DNA from: Gammaproteobacteria bacterium
Lineage (GTDB): Bacteria; Pseudomonadota; Gammaproteobacteria; JABCZS01
Length of the DNA stretch: 64,000 nt
Direction of reading: 5' to 3'
Assembly (NCBI GenBank): GCA_044445605.1
Contig: JBIOEA010000007.1
Coordinates: 3,073-67,072, forward strand
Below, piece by piece: positions 59,704 through 64,000 of the stretch; position 1 is the first letter of the stretch, and every line of letters begins with the position of its first letter. Below the pieces are notes generated by a model that saw only the letters and a list, made by a program, of their open reading frames with translations, was not told where the DNA came from and ran no database searches. Position numbers and translations under genes: made by a program.

Positions 59704-60234
59704 TCACCCTATAAGGGGATTGGTTAACCCGCGCGCAATGGCTTGCATGATTAATTCGCTTCGTGATTTACAATTCAACTTTATTTTGATCGCATTTAAA
59801 TAATGCTCAACCGTACGTGGCGATAAGCCTAAGATTTTTGCAATCTGTTTGATGCTGGAGCCTAAAGCAAGTTCTTTGAGGCAAGCAGTTTGCTGCGGTG
59901 TGAGCGGGATAAACGTATTGTTTTCAACGGGAAAGGACATGCCTAAAATGCCAATAATTTTACCGTGATGGCCGAGGAGGGGGGATTTGAAGCAACGTCT
60001 TATGTGCTGCTTTCCTTTGATGATGGGATGCTCAATAAAAACATGAGTAGTGCTGGTTTTAATGACCTTCGCATCATTCTCCATAATCTGCGACGCGGTG
60101 TGAGCCCACGGTAATGCTAGGTCGTTTTTGCCGATAATATCATTTATCTTGTTGATCAGCGCAAAGTCCATGAACTCGTGATTGGCTGATAAATATATTC
60201 CATTGATATCTTTGCTGTAACAGTTGACCATCAT
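59704..60234 (-). CDS. LuxR/GerE-family transcriptional regulator with PAS-like N-terminal sensor domain
   Basis: The C-terminus LTPQQTACLKELALGSSIKQIAKILGLSPRTVEHYLNAIKIKL is the canonical GerE HTH. Confidence 0.8.
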   Translation of the reverse strand: MMVNCYSKDINGIYLSANHEFMDFALINKINDIIGKNDLALPWAHTASQIMENDAKVIKTSTTHVFIEHPIIKGKQHIRRCFKSPLLGHHGKIIGILGMSFPVENNTFIPLTPQQTACLKELALGSSIKQIAKILGLSPRTVEHYLNAIKIKLNCKSRSELIMQAIARGLTNPLIG

Positions 60235-60337
60235 AGCTCCCGGTAAGTATTTAGGCTGTCTGAGTTGCTCTCAACTCCGACTGGTACTTGTGAAAAAATA
60301 AAATTTCTGTTCTTTCTCGCGCGTTAATTCGGGTTCT

Positions 60338-60448
60338 TTAGTCACACTTATCCGAAATGGTGCACCGGTTGAATTCGCCTGCACTTATGGAAGGCCAAGC
60401 TGCATCTTTTCCGGGGAAAAGTATGGGTAACAGTTCCATGAATTTCAT
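60338..60448 (-). CDS. Possible 36-aa small ORF (MKFMELLPILFPGKDAAWPSISAGEFNRCTISDKCD)
   Basis: ATG at 60448 preceded by AGGAG at an 8-nt spacing (60457..60461 on the plus strand). It sits in an otherwise empty 440-bp gap. No homology is known to me. Confidence 0.2.
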   Translation of the reverse strand: MKFMELLPILFPGKDAAWPSISAGEFNRCTISDKCD

Positions 60449-60675
60449 ATGAAGTACTCCTAATCGACACTTCTGCACAATAATTGATGCAGCTTCCGTA
60501 GCGTAAGCTACCTGTGGGCAAGTCTTTAATAACCTTGCCAGCATATCGTAAGATCGTCCAAAGAGTCAATAATGACAGTTTGGATTTTAGTAGCCCTCAG
60601 GACCACAATATACGCCTTCCAACCCGATCAGGCTATTGAAAAAGGATGGGGGCGTGATAATGGGCTTGTAGGATG

Positions 60676-61008
60676 TTAATCACCGCACAATCTATCGCTG
60701 ATAAACCTATTTAGGCTGACATTTGCTTCGGCAGCTTTGATGGCTAAAAGGCGATGCCTGTCGGGTGGGATACGAACTTGAAATTTTCCGCTGTAGCGTT
60801 TTTCTACAATAGGTTGTGGGATGGGCTCTTGATTGGTTTTCATGTCTTCAACAATATCGTCAATTAATTTAATGATACCCTTAAGGGCGGCCGATTGTGT
60901 TTTGGCCAAATGCGAAAGACTGGGAAATTCTAGACAGGAACCTACATATTCTTGATCTTCTTCGGACCACGTTATTCGATATGTATAATGATCGCTTTGC
61001 TGTTTCAT
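60676..61008 (-). CDS. HicB-family antitoxin (HicB fold + C-terminal ribbon-helix-helix), no intact toxin gene adjacent
   Basis: 110 aa. YRITWSEEDQEYVGSCLEFPSLSHLAKTQSAALKGI is the HicB/UPF0150-like N-domain. FQVRIPPDRHRLLAIKAAEANVSLNRFISDRL is RHH. Confidence 0.7.
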   Translation of the reverse strand: MKQQSDHYTYRITWSEEDQEYVGSCLEFPSLSHLAKTQSAALKGIIKLIDDIVEDMKTNQEPIPQPIVEKRYSGKFQVRIPPDRHRLLAIKAAEANVSLNRFISDRLCGD

Positions 61009-61166
61009 TGTTCACTCTCCAGTTTATCAATGGCTGTCAATACTTGTTTCACCTGATAAAATTTAGCTTTAGAAATGTTCACAAACCCGCATCAGTTCAT
61101 TAATACTGATGTTCTTAGGGTTTTCCCGCATTTTTATGATTATTTTTTGTATTCGATTCATAGTTA

Positions 61167-61195
61167 ATTGTAGTATCATTAATGATACTAGTCAA
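61167..61195 (-). promoter_or_regulatory. Predicted sigma70 promoter TTGACT-17 nt-TACAAT whose 17-nt spacer lies entirely inside a perfect 20-bp palindrome (candidate operator)
   Basis: On the minus strand, TTGACT (61195..61190), spacer 61189..61173, then TACAAT (61172..61167). The palindrome TAGTATCATT/AATGATACTA lies at 61171..61190. It is upstream of the hicB transcription unit. Confidence 0.5.
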
Positions 61196-61335
61196 TAGGT
61201 GTCGCGGAAAATATATTGTTATATTTATCAATTGGTTATTGTAAAAAAGGTTGTTCGGCTTTACTTTTTTTTGTCCACATGCCTGGGCTCTGCGGCCTTG
61301 ACGCAATGTGATTTTTGTGTTTAAGTGCTAGACCT

Positions 61336-61629
61336 ATGCGTATAAAACCTCGACACTATGTTATGACACTCATGATGATTTTCGTCATGCTGTGTGCTAC
61401 TTTATTGTCAAGTTTCCACCATCATGATGGTCAAGACAGCGTTGCACTTGAGCAAGGATGCGACATTTGTTTAACCATGGAGTATTTAGAGCTCGGTGCG
61501 TTACCTGTTGGCCTCGCATGGGTTGCCATTATCTCAATATCTATCCATGGGCTTCTCCTCGCACCCCTGGTGCTACGTCTCCTTGTCCCATTCTCTTCTG
61601 TTCAGCCTCGGGCCCCTCCTTTTGTGTAA
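61336..61629 (+). CDS. DUF2946-like small membrane protein (His cluster, CxxC, C-terminal RAPP)
   Basis: N-terminal TM segment, then HHHDGQD, then GCDIC, then a second TM segment, ending ...QPRAPPFV. The pattern matches what I recall of DUF2946. I prefer the ATG at 61336 over the TTG at 61315. Confidence 0.5.
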   Translation: MRIKPRHYVMTLMMIFVMLCATLLSSFHHHDGQDSVALEQGCDICLTMEYLELGALPVGLAWVAIISISIHGLLLAPLVLRLLVPFSSVQPRAPPFV

Positions 61630-61680
61630 ATCTCAAACGTTCAGAATAACGATTATGTGATTTAAACAGAGGATATTATT

Positions 61681-63159
61681 GTGTTAAATAGCAAGCATAT
61701 TGAAAGTGTTGCGTCTTCGCATGCGCACAGCCATAGCGGTCAAGCCTGCACTGGGCATGGGCATTCGCATGGGAATGGGCACGATAGCTGCTCTGACAGT
61801 GTTGAATATATTAAATTTTGGGAATACCACTGGATCTTGTGGATTATGATGGGGCCATTGAGTCTCATTCCCAATGTTCTGATTGCACTCTTTAATTGGG
61901 GCCGCGCAAAATATACCCATTATTGGGTCCCCTTTTTATTTGCCTTTGGGGAGTATGCATTTCAAGGGCAATTGAATGCCGGCAAAGTGTCAAGGGCATG
62001 CAAAATCATTAGAATCATAGCAACTTCGATTTGCGTAGCTGCAATTGCTGCTGTTGTTGTCATGACTGGGTTTGAAGCTTTCCGGGAATCTGGTGGTGAA
62101 ATGCCTCTATGGCCTGAGGGTGGGATGACCATGATCATAAGGGCCGGCTGGATTGCGCTGGCAAGTATGGGTGTAAATATGATGGCTGTGTTTGTGGGGA
62201 GTGCGGCAAACCATAATAAAATTCAACCCTATTTAAATAAGCGTGTGCTGTTACAAGAGTTAACAAATCGCAAGACGGGCGGAAACGATTCCGTTCCTCA
62301 TGGCAAGTACGAAACTCCAGAGATAAAAATGTGTAATAGAGTCAGGTATGGCCACGACCTAAATGGATTTGTAGGCTCTTCAATGAGTTTTCTTGTGTTT
62401 GCAGCGTATGGCGTTGAAATGTTTGGTGGGTCTATGGGTATCAATAACGCCACATTATTCATCATGTTCATTGCTAGAACTATTTCATCAATATTGTCGG
62501 TTGCGGTGGCACCTATTACGGGGGAATATCGATTGAAGGTTCATAAAGATGAGGTTGCCAATAAAATGGATGCCTATGTTGCTGCTGGAAATAATTCAGT
62601 TATTACCAAAGCGATTAATCAGGTGCTGGGGGATGTGCCTGAAAGCAATGAAAGGAGGTGTATGTATTTCAGCTGTTATCGTGCCTGTGAGCGGTATTTA
62701 AAAAAACATCCTCAAACCGTGCAAATTGATGCGAGCAAAATTAAGCAGGCTGTGAGCCCCTATATTGAAAATAATCGAATCAATATGCAGCACATTAAAA
62801 TGCGGGCCTCAACATCAAGAATTAACCAGATGGATGCATTTCTTTTTATTGAAAATGCGGTTGAGGCACATTTGCTTGGAAGGGAAAATGCCCCGATTAT
62901 CCGCACCATTGAAGGTCGTCCTATTGCAAACGGGCAACAGGAGGAATTGTTGTGCCGGGCAATGCGAAATGAAGGCAAGGAAGATTTCAGCGGGCTTGTT
63001 GAGAAAGGAATTTTGACTCAAGATACCGTGACATTTCAATGGAAAGTAAAAAAAGATTGTGCTGCATCGTATGTGACAACATCGCTGCATGGACAACCCT
63101 CATTTGAAGTGGCGGTGATGGGCGGGGATCTCCTTCAGAAATGTGTAAGAGCAAACTAA
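61681..63159 (+). CDS. Hypothetical ~6-TM membrane protein with His-rich N-terminus and ~170-aa soluble C-domain
   Basis: GTG start with an AGAGGA Shine-Dalgarno. The N-terminus is SSHAHSHSGQACTGHGHSHGNGHDSC. About six hydrophobic segments. No known transporter signature recognised. Confidence 0.55.
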   Translation: MLNSKHIESVASSHAHSHSGQACTGHGHSHGNGHDSCSDSVEYIKFWEYHWILWIMMGPLSLIPNVLIALFNWGRAKYTHYWVPFLFAFGEYAFQGQLNAGKVSRACKIIRIIATSICVAAIAAVVVMTGFEAFRESGGEMPLWPEGGMTMIIRAGWIALASMGVNMMAVFVGSAANHNKIQPYLNKRVLLQELTNRKTGGNDSVPHGKYETPEIKMCNRVRYGHDLNGFVGSSMSFLVFAAYGVEMFGGSMGINNATLFIMFIARTISSILSVAVAPITGEYRLKVHKDEVANKMDAYVAAGNNSVITKAINQVLGDVPESNERRCMYFSCYRACERYLKKHPQTVQIDASKIKQAVSPYIENNRINMQHIKMRASTSRINQMDAFLFIENAVEAHLLGRENAPIIRTIEGRPIANGQQEELLCRAMRNEGKEDFSGLVEKGILTQDTVTFQWKVKKDCAASYVTTSLHGQPSFEVAVMGGDLLQKCVRAN

Positions 63160-63243
63160 TTATGGCGAATTAATTTAGCTTTGCTTTTTTGGCACATCTT
63201 TCTAGGGATCTACAACATCTGATGAAATTCTATCTGATTTTTA

Positions 63244-63276
63244 GGGCTGTATCAGGCCGCAGGCCTGACACAGCCC
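63244..63276. repeat. REP-like hairpin GGGCTGT-a-TCAGGCC-gca-GGCCTGA-c-ACAGCCC (probable bidirectional terminator)
   Basis: Read directly. It abuts the stop codon (63277..63279) of the minus-strand gene. The core TCAGGCCGCAGGCCTG is identical to 21817..21832. Confidence 0.7.
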
Positions 63277-64000
63277 TTAAAGCTGGATCTTTAGTTTTGA
63301 CCCTGATTCGGCTCGTGCTTGCGCTAATTGATTGTTCAATTGCGCAAGAGATTTATCTTGCCAAATGGTGGTAGCGGCGATGGCTGCCTGAGTGGGCTGT
63401 TCCAATACATCAAACATTTTTTTATCATTGATGGTGGCTGCAGCTAAGCGCATGATAGCCAAGCCCCAGGCACGGTAATCTCCTGGCGGAAATTTATCAA
63501 ATAGTTTTTTAACGAAAGCGTCTTCAGTGTCATTTACACTGGCTCCGACTATTTTTCGAATTTGTTCGAGACCGTAGTCATAGGTTTTTTCATCATTAGC
63601 ATGAGCAGCTGCAGGCAGGCTCATTACCCAAGCCCATAGTGGAGTGCCAGCGTCTGTTGGTTTGGCAAGATAATCAGTTGTGAGAGAATCTCCCGCTGCG
63701 ACCATTTTATCTCTCGCTGCTGTGTATTCCGCGCCTTCTAGGCCGGCGGCCAGATATCCCCAGGCCCATGCCGTAAATGCCGATGGCTGTGCGATTTTCA
63801 AAGAGGCCTCAATCCGATCTATGGCATCTTTGGCATTGCGTGTATTCCCCATGTTATTAGCAGCGGCCAGCATACGGCCATACATCCAGGCCTTCATACC
63901 TGCTTCACTACCTTTAGCCCAATCGGGAAATTTGCCTGCATTCATGGCTGCTGTCATGGCCGAAAGGGCTGCATTATATTGCTGACCGTACCCCAGGAAG
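63277..64000 (-). CDS. Hypothetical protein, C-terminal part (frame remains open to the window end); helical-repeat-like
   Basis: The ORF-track M is at 63957, but my translation upstream (..FLGYGQQYNAALSAMTAAM..) has no stop before nt 64000. Rich in A/W/G with repeated AW..G patterns. Confidence 0.5.
   Translation of the reverse strand, partial: FLGYGQQYNAALSAMTAAMNAGKFPDWAKGSEAGMKAWMYGRMLAAANNMGNTRNAKDAIDRIEASLKIAQPSAFTAWAWGYLAAGLEGAEYTAARDKMVAAGDSLTTDYLAKPTDAGTPLWAWVMSLPAAAHANDEKTYDYGLEQIRKIVGASVNDTEDAFVKKLFDKFPPGDYRAWGLAIMRLAAATINDKKMFDVLEQPTQAAIAATTIWQDKSLAQLNNQLAQARAESGSKLKIQL

Overview
This 64-kb window looks like chromosome from a gammaproteobacterium with an intracellular, Legionellales-like lifestyle. 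That assignment is an inference from AddAB instead of RecBCD, many eukaryote-like ANK/LRR/HAD/cN-I proteins, and about 40-45% GC judged by eye. All coordinates were counted by hand and no homology search was run.

About half the window is conserved housekeeping DNA in classical gammaproteobacterial synteny:
- mrdA-rlmH-rsfS-holA-lptE-leuS (1-6.2 kb)
- a compact, translationally coupled shikimate operon aroA-aroQ-aroE-DAHPS-aroB-aroC (7.1-12.8 kb)
- rarA-pssA, phoH2, and dapA-(mini bamC)-purC-ppiA
- ispB divergent from rplU-rpmA-obg

Between these blocks lie visibly AT-richer accessory islands at about 12.9-24.8, 33.6-38.7 and 53-63.3 kb. They carry:
- a duplicated ankyrin-repeat gene and a family of glycine-zipper membrane protein genes (three members)
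- an RNI-type LRR protein ending in -CC
- two divergent Schlafen-like AlbA_2/HATPase_c_4 genes
- large orphan ORFs, GNATs and a LuxR regulator
- an orphan HicB antitoxin and a DUF2946/His-rich membrane protein pair

The two structurally most striking observations can be read directly from the sequence:
1. A complete group II intron (5' GTGCGCC, canonical domain V, RT/maturase ORF) sits exactly at the dyad of a roughly 410-bp palindromic MITE-like element. The element's 62-nt termini are 61/62 reverse complements.
2. One Schlafen-like gene lies between 141-bp direct repeats (140/141 identical). The repeats duplicate the 37 bp upstream of addB (candidate promoter) and the first ~34 codons of addB, which places the gene at the head of the addBA-nucleotidase operon.

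I found no rRNA, tRNA or CRISPR array.
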